A stretch of DNA of 64,000 bases from Stenomitos frigidus ULC029 (GCA_042919575.1 CP170648.1:2619515-2683514), one strand, 5' to 3'; shown: positions 30,896 to 39,989, counted from the first letter of the stretch. Numbers and translations are program-made. The notes: a model not told the origin generated them from the letters alone.

Positions 30896-33106
30896 CTACC
30901 GTGTCTCAGAGTTGAAGATTGCTTCAATCTCAGCACCGAGCGCTGGGTCGAAGGCTGGTACTGCATGCGGTTCAAGCGTGCCGTTTGACAGGGCTTTTTG
31001 TGTCAGTGTGCCGGATTGAGACGATTCATCGGGTTGTGTGTCGGTTAGTGCTGTCTTGCCTGCTGTGCCGTTGGTCTGCTGGTTCCACAAAATCATCGAG
31101 AGCAAGCCATCGACTAAGCCATTGCCGTTACCGTTTGCACCAACGAGAACATCGGGAATCAGACGCACATGGCGATCGCCAATAATCTGCATCAACTGCA
31201 TGGCGGTATAGCTTTGAGAACCAAGCGCCCGCACACCAGCTTCATAGGTTTCGGCGCGTGCGTTACCTGTAGCTCGTATGGCATCGGCATCACCCACCGC
31301 CTTTAGCTTGGTGGCTTCGGCTTCACCATTCGCCCGTTGGATGTCGGCTTTTGCCTGAAGTTCCGCAATATTGACGTTTTGCTCAGACTTCACCATTTCT
31401 TGCTGGATGTCTGCCAGTGCAGTTTCGCGTACCAACTGCTGCCGCTGAGTTTGCGCCATTTTCTGCACTTCGTAGGTTTTACGCTGCTCCTCGGCAATTT
31501 TGCGATCGGTCTGCGTTTGCATCAATGTTTCAGGCGGCTGAATGTCGCCGATGAGCGTATCAATTGCCTGTACGTCATAGCTCCGAAGCGCGACTTTGAT
31601 GTATTCCGCCGCTTCAGACTGGCGATCGCTGCGAGCGCTGAGGAAGTCCAGCACCGTACATTCCTGCGCCGAGTTGCGGAAGTAGTTGCCGATCGTTGGC
31701 TCCAGGACGTGATCCACCAGATTTTGCATGGAACCGACACGGGAGATGACTTTCGGGGCATCCAACGCGCCGACGTGAATGATTTGGGCAATTTCCAGGT
31801 CAAAGGCAAAGCCATCGCGCGATCGTACCGTCAGCGATGCCAGATTGGAGTCGTAGCTGTGTCGCTCTGTGCGTCTCGACCAGTTCAGCACAATGTTCGT
31901 CGTTGGCACCAGTTCAATTTTCATCACGCGCGTATTGAGCGGATGCTTACCCGGATAGAGCGGTTCTGTCCACACGCCCTTGTGCCCTGGCAGCACCAGA
32001 TTGCCGTGGGTAAAGGAGGCACCACTAATATCTTCGTGCGCTTTACCAACGTAGGCAATGACCACACCCACATAGCCGATCGGGATCTCCGTCATCGGCA
32101 ACTGTTCGACCTGCACAAACCAGGGGTTCAGGTTCCACGAACCCGACAGCAGAATTTGCTCCTGCAAACCGCGCCGTCCACCTGCGTGGATGAACTTCTC
32201 GCCATTTTGGAAATTGTTGTGTCCAGGAACCGTAGAACCTGCCATTTCACCCGCATCAATGGATAGACCATCCAGCGTCGTGACAATGCCGACCTTATCG
32301 GATTGCACCGTGTAGACCCGCAGTTTTTCGGCGCTCATGCCGTATTCACCCGCAGTCGCAGCCCGAATCACCTTAAACAGAGCGGTGTTGATGCGATACG
32401 TCCCTGCCGTCAAAAAGCCCATCTGCCGACCTTTTTCACCGCCGTTGCTCAGAAACTTCCGGGCATCCTGGTAGTTGTCGCAGGGCACCACTTTTGCCAA
32501 AATACGCTCTGCTGGCACGGATGCACCATCGTTAGCAACGAGCAAGGCAATTTCACCTTGAGGTACAACGATCATAGGCTGCTTTTGCACACCATATTGC
32601 CAGGGGAACAGACCCCAATGCCAGCCGGGAGCCAGGGTATCTGCCTGATAACCTGCTTCGCCGTTGAGGGCAATCAACCGTCCAGCAGGCAGACGACCAC
32701 CAAACTTTTTAACAACAACGCCGACTTCTTGCTCACTGATAATGATCAGTCCGGTAATCGAAGAGAAGAAGATTAAGCCGCCTACTACAACAAGGCTGCC
32801 GACCATTAATGGCCCAAACAGGTCAAAAAGACCCTTCTGCTGCACAACTGGAAAGGTTTTCCCTGGTGGTACTTGGGCTAGTGGTTGAGTGGCGATCGAT
32901 GGCGTTGTTCGTTGCGTTGCGATGTCGATCGTGGACGAAAGGTTTGATAGCGGCTGTCTAACAGTTGTCATGTCGGCACGGGCAGGTTGAAGCATGGCAA
33001 CTGTGCCTGCCGCCACCATTGAAGCCGCGATCGACGAAACAAACCGAACCGCTTTACGAGACTGCTGTAGCGATCGCAGTTTGGCAAGCAAAGAATGAGT
33101 GTTCAT
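30896..33106 (-). CDS. flotillin/SPFH (band 7) family protein
   Basis: N-terminal TM, SPFH domain, then a long coiled-coil (EAEATKLKAVGDADAIRATGNARAETYEAG). Start set at MNTHSLL (33106). Confidence 0.8.
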   Translation of the reverse strand: MNTHSLLAKLRSLQQSRKAVRFVSSIAASMVAAGTVAMLQPARADMTTVRQPLSNLSSTIDIATQRTTPSIATQPLAQVPPGKTFPVVQQKGLFDLFGPLMVGSLVVVGGLIFFSSITGLIIISEQEVGVVVKKFGGRLPAGRLIALNGEAGYQADTLAPGWHWGLFPWQYGVQKQPMIVVPQGEIALLVANDGASVPAERILAKVVPCDNYQDARKFLSNGGEKGRQMGFLTAGTYRINTALFKVIRAATAGEYGMSAEKLRVYTVQSDKVGIVTTLDGLSIDAGEMAGSTVPGHNNFQNGEKFIHAGGRRGLQEQILLSGSWNLNPWFVQVEQLPMTEIPIGYVGVVIAYVGKAHEDISGASFTHGNLVLPGHKGVWTEPLYPGKHPLNTRVMKIELVPTTNIVLNWSRRTERHSYDSNLASLTVRSRDGFAFDLEIAQIIHVGALDAPKVISRVGSMQNLVDHVLEPTIGNYFRNSAQECTVLDFLSARSDRQSEAAEYIKVALRSYDVQAIDTLIGDIQPPETLMQTQTDRKIAEEQRKTYEVQKMAQTQRQQLVRETALADIQQEMVKSEQNVNIAELQAKADIQRANGEAEATKLKAVGDADAIRATGNARAETYEAGVRALGSQSYTAMQLMQIIGDRHVRLIPDVLVGANGNGNGLVDGLLSMILWNQQTNGTAGKTALTDTQPDESSQSGTLTQKALSNGTLEPHAVPAFDPALGAEIEAIFNSETR

Positions 33107-33346
33107 AGTGATAAGGCGTTGCCTTATATATAAAAGTACGTGCAACCTAGCATTCGTATGAAGCAAAGCTCAAAAACTTGAACTGGTTACAGTGCCGTTG
33201 AGCTGTGCAGATAGAATCCTCAGTTGGGATACTGAATAGATACGCAACGGGATGGTCGAGTTACAGAAAGCGGTGAAGCAAGGTGAGGGAAAATTGTGGG
33301 GTTACTTTAATCACTGACCGTACTTTCTGCCTTCTGCTCTCCCTTC

Positions 33347-34363
33347 TTACGGACAATCCTCAGCCGTACACTGGCGCTGACACAACAAAAGACCAAACCA
33401 TGCCTGTGGATCAGTCCAGATTTGCAGCGGATGCAGTGCGTAGTTCTCGAGCGTGGAAACAAGAGTTGGCAAATGGAACTTGCGAGAAATTTCAGTATGA
33501 ATACTTTCGCCTGCCTGCACAATTGTGTGAAAATTCAGCGTTTCAAGCTTGATTACTTGTGTTTCTAAGCTGCGGAGATGCATCTCGATTTGATGCTCTA
33601 CGGTGTTGTAAAATGCCCAATGAGCAAATTGTTCAGGGTTACAATTGCCTTGAAACCGCCAGTTTAAGTGACTCAAAATATTGAGATTAAAGGCAGCGGT
33701 AACGCCCTGCGCGTCGTTGTAAGCAGCTTCAAGAATCGCTGGATCTTTTTGCAAATCAACGCCAAGAAGGAAGAACTCTCCAGGCTTAAGAGCGTTTTGG
33801 ACTCGATCGAGAAATTGTTGATATGCCACTTCACCAAGATTACCGATCGTGCTGCCCAAAAAGATCAGCATACGGTTCTCTAATTCGGCAGGGGGAAGTT
33901 GATCGAGCGCTTGCTCATAGGTTCCGGCTAACCCACAGAGCCTCAGTTTAGGATATTGATGCAATAGCTCCAATGCGGTGGTTTTGAGGATGCCAGCGCT
34001 CACATCAATCGGGCAATACTGCAACTGGTCATTCAGCTGGCTATAAGCCTCTAGCAACAAGCGAGTTTTGCGAGAACTGCCGCTGCCTAGCTCTACCAAT
34101 TCGCAAGCACCTGTTAGTTGAGCAATTTCGCTGGCATAGGTTTCTAAAATTGACTGCTCAGTGCGAGTGGGATAGTACTCTGGCAAATCGCAAATTTGTT
34201 CAAAGAGTTGAGAGCCGGGATCGTCATAAAAATAGCGGCAAGGGAGCGTCTTAGGCGTTTGCTCTAACCCTTGAATCACGTCTTCTCCCTCGCGGATTAA
34301 CGCGTCTGATGAATTGAGAGTAATCCAGCGCAGGCGAGATAATTCTGATTGCACAATGGTCAC
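33347..34363 (-). CDS. egtD: EgtD-family SAM-dependent L-histidine N-alpha-methyltransferase
   Basis: YFYDDPGSQLFEQICDLPEYYPTRTEQSIL...LVELGSGSSRKTRLLL matches EgtD signature blocks. Confidence 0.7.
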   Translation of the reverse strand: MTIVQSELSRLRWITLNSSDALIREGEDVIQGLEQTPKTLPCRYFYDDPGSQLFEQICDLPEYYPTRTEQSILETYASEIAQLTGACELVELGSGSSRKTRLLLEAYSQLNDQLQYCPIDVSAGILKTTALELLHQYPKLRLCGLAGTYEQALDQLPPAELENRMLIFLGSTIGNLGEVAYQQFLDRVQNALKPGEFFLLGVDLQKDPAILEAAYNDAQGVTAAFNLNILSHLNWRFQGNCNPEQFAHWAFYNTVEHQIEMHLRSLETQVIKLETLNFHTIVQAGESIHTEISRKFHLPTLVSTLENYALHPLQIWTDPQAWFGLLLCQRQCTAEDCP

Positions 34364-34883
34364 TAAATGGATCTCCTTACGTGGTGGCGAGGGTGATAGC
34401 TGTCATTCCCCAAGTTTCAGACGAAGCCAAGCGCTAACGATCAAGATGTTCCTAGACGAGCGATCGCTCACATCCTTCAAAATGCTGCAAAAGGCATTCT
34501 TGCCGAACGACTCAATCAAGTGGTAGCGACACAGATGAGGACGAAGTATAAGGCTTGAGCCAGTAAGTTACTGAGGTAGAAGCCTTGGGAGACTAACAAA
34601 AACGCTGTTGTCTAAAGCAAGGGGGAAACCTTGAAACGACAAACGGCTCAAATATTAGGATAGATTGCTTACGGAGATTAAGTCTTTCCTCACAAGGTTT
34701 GCGTCTGCCTTTGGTTAAAACATCAGCAGACGTTAACGAAGAACATACCGATTAGTAGACGAGGAATGAGCGTCAACCCCTGTCTCTAGTCTGTTGCGTT
34801 GAGCCGCGATCGTGATGAGACAATGCTTAAAAATGGGTGAGATAGGCAGACTAACGTCAAGAAGGCACTTGAGCGCCTTAAGA

Positions 34884-36194
34884 TCATGATGCCTTTACCG
34901 GGTCAACCGGACATTGAATCGCCCCGTTCGTTGACTGAAAGACCAACGGTGGAACCTTTGCAGCTTGCTGAGACGCACAAATCGCTGTGACGACCTTGTT
35001 GGTTGGCTGCGCGATCGCAACGGTTGCTGTATAGCTTTTTAAGCCTTCCGCTTTTGGAATGGCGGTAAGTTGAGCTTGATTGTTGTTGGGTATTGTGAGT
35101 TTGTAGATGTAGTCGCTATGAGTGGCGATCGGGACAGCCGCAAACCGCTCCAGCTCTTCTAAGGTGGCAGCAAAGCGAGTGTTCTGGCGATAGAATGCCT
35201 GCTGTGCCTTATTCATTGTGTCCAGGTAGTTTCTAGCCGCTGTCTGCTGCTGGTCGCGCGTACGCTCTACCTTGAACTGACTGGACATCTGGCTGCTAGA
35301 AGCAATCGCAGAGGATTGATTACCCGCTTTTCGTTCCGCACCACCCCAGGCATAGGAGTGGGCAAGGAGCGCGACCGCTCCACCCGCAGCAAAGGACACC
35401 ACTGTGACAAGTGCTGACACCTTAAGGTAGTTAACCGACCGATCACTCGTTGGTGAGTCGTTGAGTGCTTCTTGGCAAGAGCGATCGCGCCAGGGCAACC
35501 GCGTACTGATCTGCTGGCGTACGTCATTCCACGTTGCCAAAACATGAGGCAACGGCGCTTGAGGCTGTGAAGCTTGAGAAGATAAGTCTGGAGAAGATGA
35601 GTCTTGAGACTGCGAATTTTGAGCACGTAAAGCTTGAAGGTTTGCTTTAAACTTGCTCCAGCGTTGCTTCCACGGATCAAATTGGGTTGAGCGATCGCTC
35701 GAAGAATCCGTCATAGCACTAGAATCGGAGGCGTTAGAATCCGAGCTATGAGAATCTGGGGCGTTAAAATCTGGGACGTTAGAATCTGGGGCGCTAGGAC
35801 TAGACTCCGAAGCGCTAGAGGGTATCTCTAAGATTTCAGCTACGGGCGATTGAAACTCTGGAGCGCTAGAAGGTATCTCTAAAGTTTCAGCTACGGGCGA
35901 TCGAGGTACTGCAAACATTTCAACCCAGTAAGGCTCTTCCTCGCCAAGTCGCTGCCCATACACCTGCACGTACTGAATCGAAGACACTGCTAGACGAAGG
36001 ATGCCTCGCTGCACAAACGTTACCAGTGTTTGGGCATTTAACGGTCGGGCAGCATTGAAAAACACATGCAGACAGTCCCCATCCACAAGGGTTTCTGCTA
36101 TTACTCCCTGTGGCTCTAGCGTGGCATTGATCAGTGCCGCAATCGCCTGTGGATCACCCTGTTTTGCAAGTTCAAGTAGAGGCGGCTGAGTCAT
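34884..36194 (-). CDS. fusion protein: unknown N-domain, Ser/Pro/Asp-rich tandem-repeat linker, TM helix, and a type IV pilin-like G/H-family C-domain
   Basis: C-terminal MNKAQQAFYRQNTRFAATLEELE...YIYKL resembles the cyanobacterial 'type IV pilin-like G/H family' proteins. Linker encoded by nucleotide-level tandem repeats at about 35700-35900. Confidence 0.5.
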   Translation of the reverse strand: MTQPPLLELAKQGDPQAIAALINATLEPQGVIAETLVDGDCLHVFFNAARPLNAQTLVTFVQRGILRLAVSSIQYVQVYGQRLGEEEPYWVEMFAVPRSPVAETLEIPSSAPEFQSPVAEILEIPSSASESSPSAPDSNVPDFNAPDSHSSDSNASDSSAMTDSSSDRSTQFDPWKQRWSKFKANLQALRAQNSQSQDSSSPDLSSQASQPQAPLPHVLATWNDVRQQISTRLPWRDRSCQEALNDSPTSDRSVNYLKVSALVTVVSFAAGGAVALLAHSYAWGGAERKAGNQSSAIASSSQMSSQFKVERTRDQQQTAARNYLDTMNKAQQAFYRQNTRFAATLEELERFAAVPIATHSDYIYKLTIPNNNQAQLTAIPKAEGLKSYTATVAIAQPTNKVVTAICASQQAAKVPPLVFQSTNGAIQCPVDPVKAS

Positions 36195-36517
36195 GGCAGA
36201 GCACCAAGAGGGAAATTTTGACTCGACAAATCATTTAGCATCAGGATACTCGCAAACCGACGATCGGGCACAAAGTCAACCAAGCTCCCAGCAAGACTCT
36301 CACCGTCTTTCAGGACAGTTATTTGGGCAAACCTTGTTATCGTCTAGAGACGACGGTAGGAACGTTACACGTAGCGTCGCCATAGAATAGTCCTCACCTC
36401 CGACCTCTCATCATCTAACAGAGACCAGTAACCCATCTTTCAGTTGCCATTTCGCTCTACAATGCTTGGCAAGCTGACTCGCAACATCCTGACTAACCCC
36501 TCTAACTCGACGTTCTT

Positions 36518-38107
36518 ATGAGTATTGGATATCTCGCCCTCGTTCTCCATGCCCACCTACCTTTCGTTCGCCATCCCGAAAGCGACTACGTGCTGGAAGA
36601 AGAGTGGCTCTACGAAGCGATCACAGAAACTTATATTCCGCTCCTGCAAGTTTTTGAGGGGTTAAAGCGAGACGGCGTTGACTTTAAGATCACTATGAGC
36701 ATGACACCGCCACTGGTGTCGATGTTGCTCGATCCGCTGCTGCAAGAACGTTATGACCAGCATCTAGCCCAGCTTGAAGAACTGGCAGAGATGGAAATCG
36801 ATCGCAACGCACACAATGGGCACCTCAAATATTTGGCAGAGTATTACGTCAAAGAGTTTAATCAGGTGCGGCAGATGTGGGAGAAGTACGATCGCAACCT
36901 CATCAAAGCCTTTAACCAGTTTGCCGAGTCCAATAATCTCGAAATCATCACCTGCGGCGCAACTCACGGCTACTTCCCCTTAATGAAGATGTACCCGCAA
37001 GCCGTGTGGGCGCAAATCAAAGTTGCCTGCGAACATTATGAGGAGACGTTTGGACGCGCTCCGAAGGGCATCTGGCTACCCGAATGTGCCTACTATGAAG
37101 GGGTTGAGCGGATGCTAGCGGATGCTGGCTTGCGCTACTTTCTCACCGATGGGCACGGCATTCTCTATGCCCGTCCTCGTCCCCGTTTTGGCACCTATGC
37201 GCCCATCTTTACCCCTACCGGCGTGGCTGCTTTTGGGCGTGATCACGAATCGTCGCAGCAGGTTTGGTCATCAGAGGTGGGCTACCCGGGTGCTAGCGAG
37301 TATCGGGAGTTCTATCGGGATTTGGGCTGGGATGCTGAATATGAGTACATCAAACCCTACGTCATGCCCAACGGACAGCGCAAGAATGTCGGTATTAAAT
37401 ATCACAAAATTACTGGAAAAGGGCTAGGGTTGGGCGACAAGCAACTCTACGATCCCTACTGGGCACGCGAAAAAGCAGCAGAGAATGCGGGCAACTTTGC
37501 CTATAATCGGGAGCGCCAGGTTGAGCATCTTTACGGCATGATGCAGCGCAAACCTATTATCGTCTCGCCGTATGATGCAGAACTCTTTGGACATTGGTGG
37601 TACGAGGGTCCCTGGTTTATTGACTACTTGTTCCGCAAGGCGTGGTTTGACCAGGGCACCTTTGAGATGACGCATCTGGCAGATTACTTGCAAGAAAATC
37701 AAACCCAGCAGGTCTCTAATCCGTCTCAATCAAGCTGGGGCTACAAGGGGTTTCACGAATACTGGCTGAATGAAACCAACGCCTGGATTTATCCCCACCT
37801 GCATAAAGCAACCGAGCGGATGATTGAGCTGGCGAAAAATGAGCCAGAAGATGAATTGGGCTGGCGATCGCTCAACCAGGCAGCACGAGAACTGCTGCTA
37901 GCACAGTCCTCCGACTGGGCATTTATCATGCGTACTGGCACGATGGTGCCCTATGCCGTGCGCCGGACACGATCGCACCTGATGCGCTTTCACAAGCTCT
38001 ACGAGGAGATCAAACAGGGCAAAGTTGATGCGGGTTGGCTGGAGAAGGTAGAAGCGATCGACAACATCTTCCCCAACATCAACTACCGCGTGTATCGTCC
38101 ACTCTAG
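36518..38107 (+). CDS. glycoside hydrolase family 57 1,4-alpha-glucan branching enzyme-like protein
   Basis: N-terminus LVLHAHLPFVRHPE..., a GH57/DUF1957 hallmark. Confidence 0.75.
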   Translation: MSIGYLALVLHAHLPFVRHPESDYVLEEEWLYEAITETYIPLLQVFEGLKRDGVDFKITMSMTPPLVSMLLDPLLQERYDQHLAQLEELAEMEIDRNAHNGHLKYLAEYYVKEFNQVRQMWEKYDRNLIKAFNQFAESNNLEIITCGATHGYFPLMKMYPQAVWAQIKVACEHYEETFGRAPKGIWLPECAYYEGVERMLADAGLRYFLTDGHGILYARPRPRFGTYAPIFTPTGVAAFGRDHESSQQVWSSEVGYPGASEYREFYRDLGWDAEYEYIKPYVMPNGQRKNVGIKYHKITGKGLGLGDKQLYDPYWAREKAAENAGNFAYNRERQVEHLYGMMQRKPIIVSPYDAELFGHWWYEGPWFIDYLFRKAWFDQGTFEMTHLADYLQENQTQQVSNPSQSSWGYKGFHEYWLNETNAWIYPHLHKATERMIELAKNEPEDELGWRSLNQAARELLLAQSSDWAFIMRTGTMVPYAVRRTRSHLMRFHKLYEEIKQGKVDAGWLEKVEAIDNIFPNINYRVYRPL

Positions 38108-38247
38108 AAGAACGTAGGGGCGGATTTGCCAAACCCGCTCCTACTATGGCTTTATCTACGACCTCAGCCGATCGGCTACTTGACGCGCCCTGATCCCTCT
38201 GTTAATTTCAGAGCAGTATTGATTTAAATTCTCGGCGACACAGGCAA

Positions 38248-38304
38248 ATGAGCAGCAGCGTCTTTTACTTTTATGTTTGGTATCCATCGGTTCACCTGGA
38301 GTGA
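38248..38304 (+). CDS. candidate attenuator leader peptide 1: MSSSVFYFYVWYPSVHLE
   Basis: 18 codons. 6 of 7 consecutive codons are Phe/Tyr/Trp. The stop codon lies in the loop of a 13-bp hairpin whose 5' arm (38288-38300) is made of the leader's last codons. Confidence 0.6.
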   Translation: MSSSVFYFYVWYPSVHLE

Positions 38305-38333
38305 CTACCGTTCGAGCTGAACGTGTCCAGGTG

Positions 38334-38367
38334 AACCGCAGAGTCAACTCTGCGGTTTTTTCGTTTT
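38334..38367 (+). terminator. intrinsic terminator T1 (aaccgcagag-tcaa-ctctgcggtt + ttttcgtttt)
   Basis: 10-bp stem, 4-nt loop, U-tract. The 5' arm overlaps by 5 nt the 3' arm of the upstream 13-bp hairpin (38326-38338). Confidence 0.7.
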
Positions 38368-38398
38368 AAGGTGTTGTTAGAAAGAGACAGAAAGAGCA

Positions 38399-38461
38399 AT
38401 GGCAACGTTAATGAGTTGGTTTTACGGCTTTTACTTTTGGACCAGGCACTGTTCCGGGTAA
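38399..38461 (+). CDS. candidate attenuator leader peptide 2: MATLMSWFYGFYFWTRHCSG
   Basis: 20 codons. 7 of 8 consecutive codons are Trp/Phe/Tyr. The last codons plus stop (gttccggg, 38451-38458) can pair with cccggaac (38488-38495) inside the terminator's 5' arm. Confidence 0.65.
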   Translation: MATLMSWFYGFYFWTRHCSG

Positions 38462-38486
38462 AGTCTGTTGCGCCTTCGTTCGTACA

Positions 38487-38520
38487 GCCCGGAACCCAAC
38501 AGGTTTCGGGCTTTTTGTTT
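38487..38520 (+). terminator. intrinsic terminator T2 (gcccggaacc-caaca-ggtttcgggc + tttttgttt), about 35 nt upstream of the DAHP synthase start
   Basis: 10-bp stem (one G-U), 5-nt loop, U-tract. Mutually exclusive with the 8-bp antiterminator 38451-38458/38488-38495. Confidence 0.75.
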
Positions 38521-38554
38521 GCAATCACATCATCAAAATTTAGGAGTAATGCTC

Positions 38555-39418
38555 ATGTTGGATGCCCGGTTAGTCATGAAGTCCCATCCCAACCATCGCA
38601 CCGTTGTCAGCCTTTCTGAACAGGTAGCGATCGGTGGCAGCAATATCATCATTATCGGTGGTCCTTGTACGGTAGAGAGTGCCGAGCAAATGGAGCAAGT
38701 TGCCAGTCAGCTTTCAGTGGCTCCCATCCATGCTCTGCGCGGAGGGGTATACAAACCACGCACCTCCCCGTATGCGTTTCAGGGGATGGGCGTGGACGGG
38801 CTGCGAATTCTGGCAGAGGCACGATCGCGCTACGACATGCCTGTGGTGACAGAGGTGATGTCGATCGCCCAGATTGCTCCTGTTGCTGCCTATGCCGATA
38901 TGCTCCAGATCGGTAGCCGCAATATGCAAAACTTCGAGTTGTTAAAAGCGTTGGGGCAAGCAGGCAAGCCCGTTTTGCTCAAGCGAGGGCTCTCCGCCAC
39001 CATTGAAGAATTCGTGATGGCAGCAGAATACATCATGGCGCATGGTAATCCCAACGTGGTGCTGTGCGAACGCGGCATTCGCAGCTTCGACACTTACACC
39101 CGCAATGTGCTGGATCTAGGCGCAGTGGTTGCACTCCGTCAGTTAACCCATTTACCCGTCATCGTAGACCCTAGCCATGCAGCGGGTAAACGCGAACTTG
39201 TGGCGGATTTAGCACGCGCGGCTGTTGCCTGTGGAGCCGATGGACTGATTATAGAATGTCATCCCGAACCTGAGCAGTCTGTGTCAGATGCACGACAGGC
39301 GCTTTCGTTAAAGTCAATGGTGACTCTGGTGCATAGCCTAGAGCCGATCGCGCGGGCAGTCGGGCGCACCTTGAGCAAAGCCAGCATTGCAGACTCAAAG
39401 CAATTGGTTACGGCTTAA
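38555..39418 (+). CDS. aroG: 3-deoxy-7-phosphoheptulonate (DAHP) synthase, type I-beta, no allosteric domain
   Basis: IIIGGPCTVES...LRGGVYKPRTSPYAFQGMG matches the KDO8PS-like I-beta DAHPS barrel. AGGAG lies 8 nt upstream of the ATG at 38555. The catalytic barrel begins within about 25 aa of the start. Confidence 0.8.
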   Translation: MLDARLVMKSHPNHRTVVSLSEQVAIGGSNIIIIGGPCTVESAEQMEQVASQLSVAPIHALRGGVYKPRTSPYAFQGMGVDGLRILAEARSRYDMPVVTEVMSIAQIAPVAAYADMLQIGSRNMQNFELLKALGQAGKPVLLKRGLSATIEEFVMAAEYIMAHGNPNVVLCERGIRSFDTYTRNVLDLGAVVALRQLTHLPVIVDPSHAAGKRELVADLARAAVACGADGLIIECHPEPEQSVSDARQALSLKSMVTLVHSLEPIARAVGRTLSKASIADSKQLVTA

Positions 39419-39617
39419 TTGGGAGTGCGGCGATCGTGTCTTCAGCAAACAGAATCATTCGTTTTTAGAGCGTTTGTTTGACGACTTCAGGCGCGATCGC
39501 AACCTTCTTCACCACTGACACCGCTGCTTGCTACCAGCTGCCTTGACCTTCGCCTATAGGGGCTAAGAGCCAAAAAGGTGTAGGGTAAGAACAAAACTTT
39601 ATCGCTTTTATCCTCCT

Positions 39618-39989
39618 ATGTATTCTATTCCCGAACCACCCTACGTACTATTGCTGGTTGGGCTCTTTTTTAGCCTGACCTCTGGCGCTGCCTTCGAGTC
39701 AATTTTGAAAAAAGCTGTTCAAGATTGGTCTAAAAATCGTTCAACCCGTACGTTGGCAACCCTGCAAGGCTTTCAACTCTTTTTACCCTTTCTGGGCATT
39801 GCTCTGGGCATTTGTTTGTTCTTGTCGTCTGGGATGGAAGTTTTTGGTTTCACTACTCAACTGTCTTATGCGATCGCACTACCGCTTACCGTTCTTATTG
39901 GCTGGCTCATCTGGTCACAACTGGGCAAAATTCTTTTGCAGCTAGAGCAAGGCGGCTCTCAAGCATTAGACCTTGATTCCTGGGGCTAA
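39618..39989 (+). CDS. hypothetical integral membrane protein (123 aa)
   Basis: Three or four hydrophobic helices. No motif recognised. Confidence 0.4.
   Translation: MYSIPEPPYVLLLVGLFFSLTSGAAFESILKKAVQDWSKNRSTRTLATLQGFQLFLPFLGIALGICLFLSSGMEVFGFTTQLSYAIALPLTVLIGWLIWSQLGKILLQLEQGGSQALDLDSWG

Noticed and set aside
31337-32266. 309-aa plus-strand ORF, and many similar antisense ORFs such as 4571-4972, 1137-1328, 26615-27145 and 29126-29809
   Set aside because: They lie entirely antisense within well-supported genes (flotillin, mutS2, PIN, DegT, kinase). Typical GC-rich antisense open frames.
33095-33166. upstream extension of the flotillin ORF (MLHTNARLHVLLYIRQRLIT) containing the palindrome aaggcgttgcctt and a TATATA box
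   Set aside because: The extension would place promoter-like elements inside the CDS. The start at 33106 (MNTHSLL) was preferred, and the palindrome plus TATATA were treated as probable promoter or operator.
38156-38347. 63-aa minus-strand ORF overlapping the leader-peptide/terminator region
   Set aside because: Antisense to the well-structured plus-strand leader. No RBS and no recognisable family. Best explained as a chance ORF.
38371-38619. 82-aa plus-strand ORF spanning leader 2 and the terminator into aroG
   Set aside because: Different frame from both the aromatic mini-ORF and DAHP synthase. It runs through a strong intrinsic terminator.
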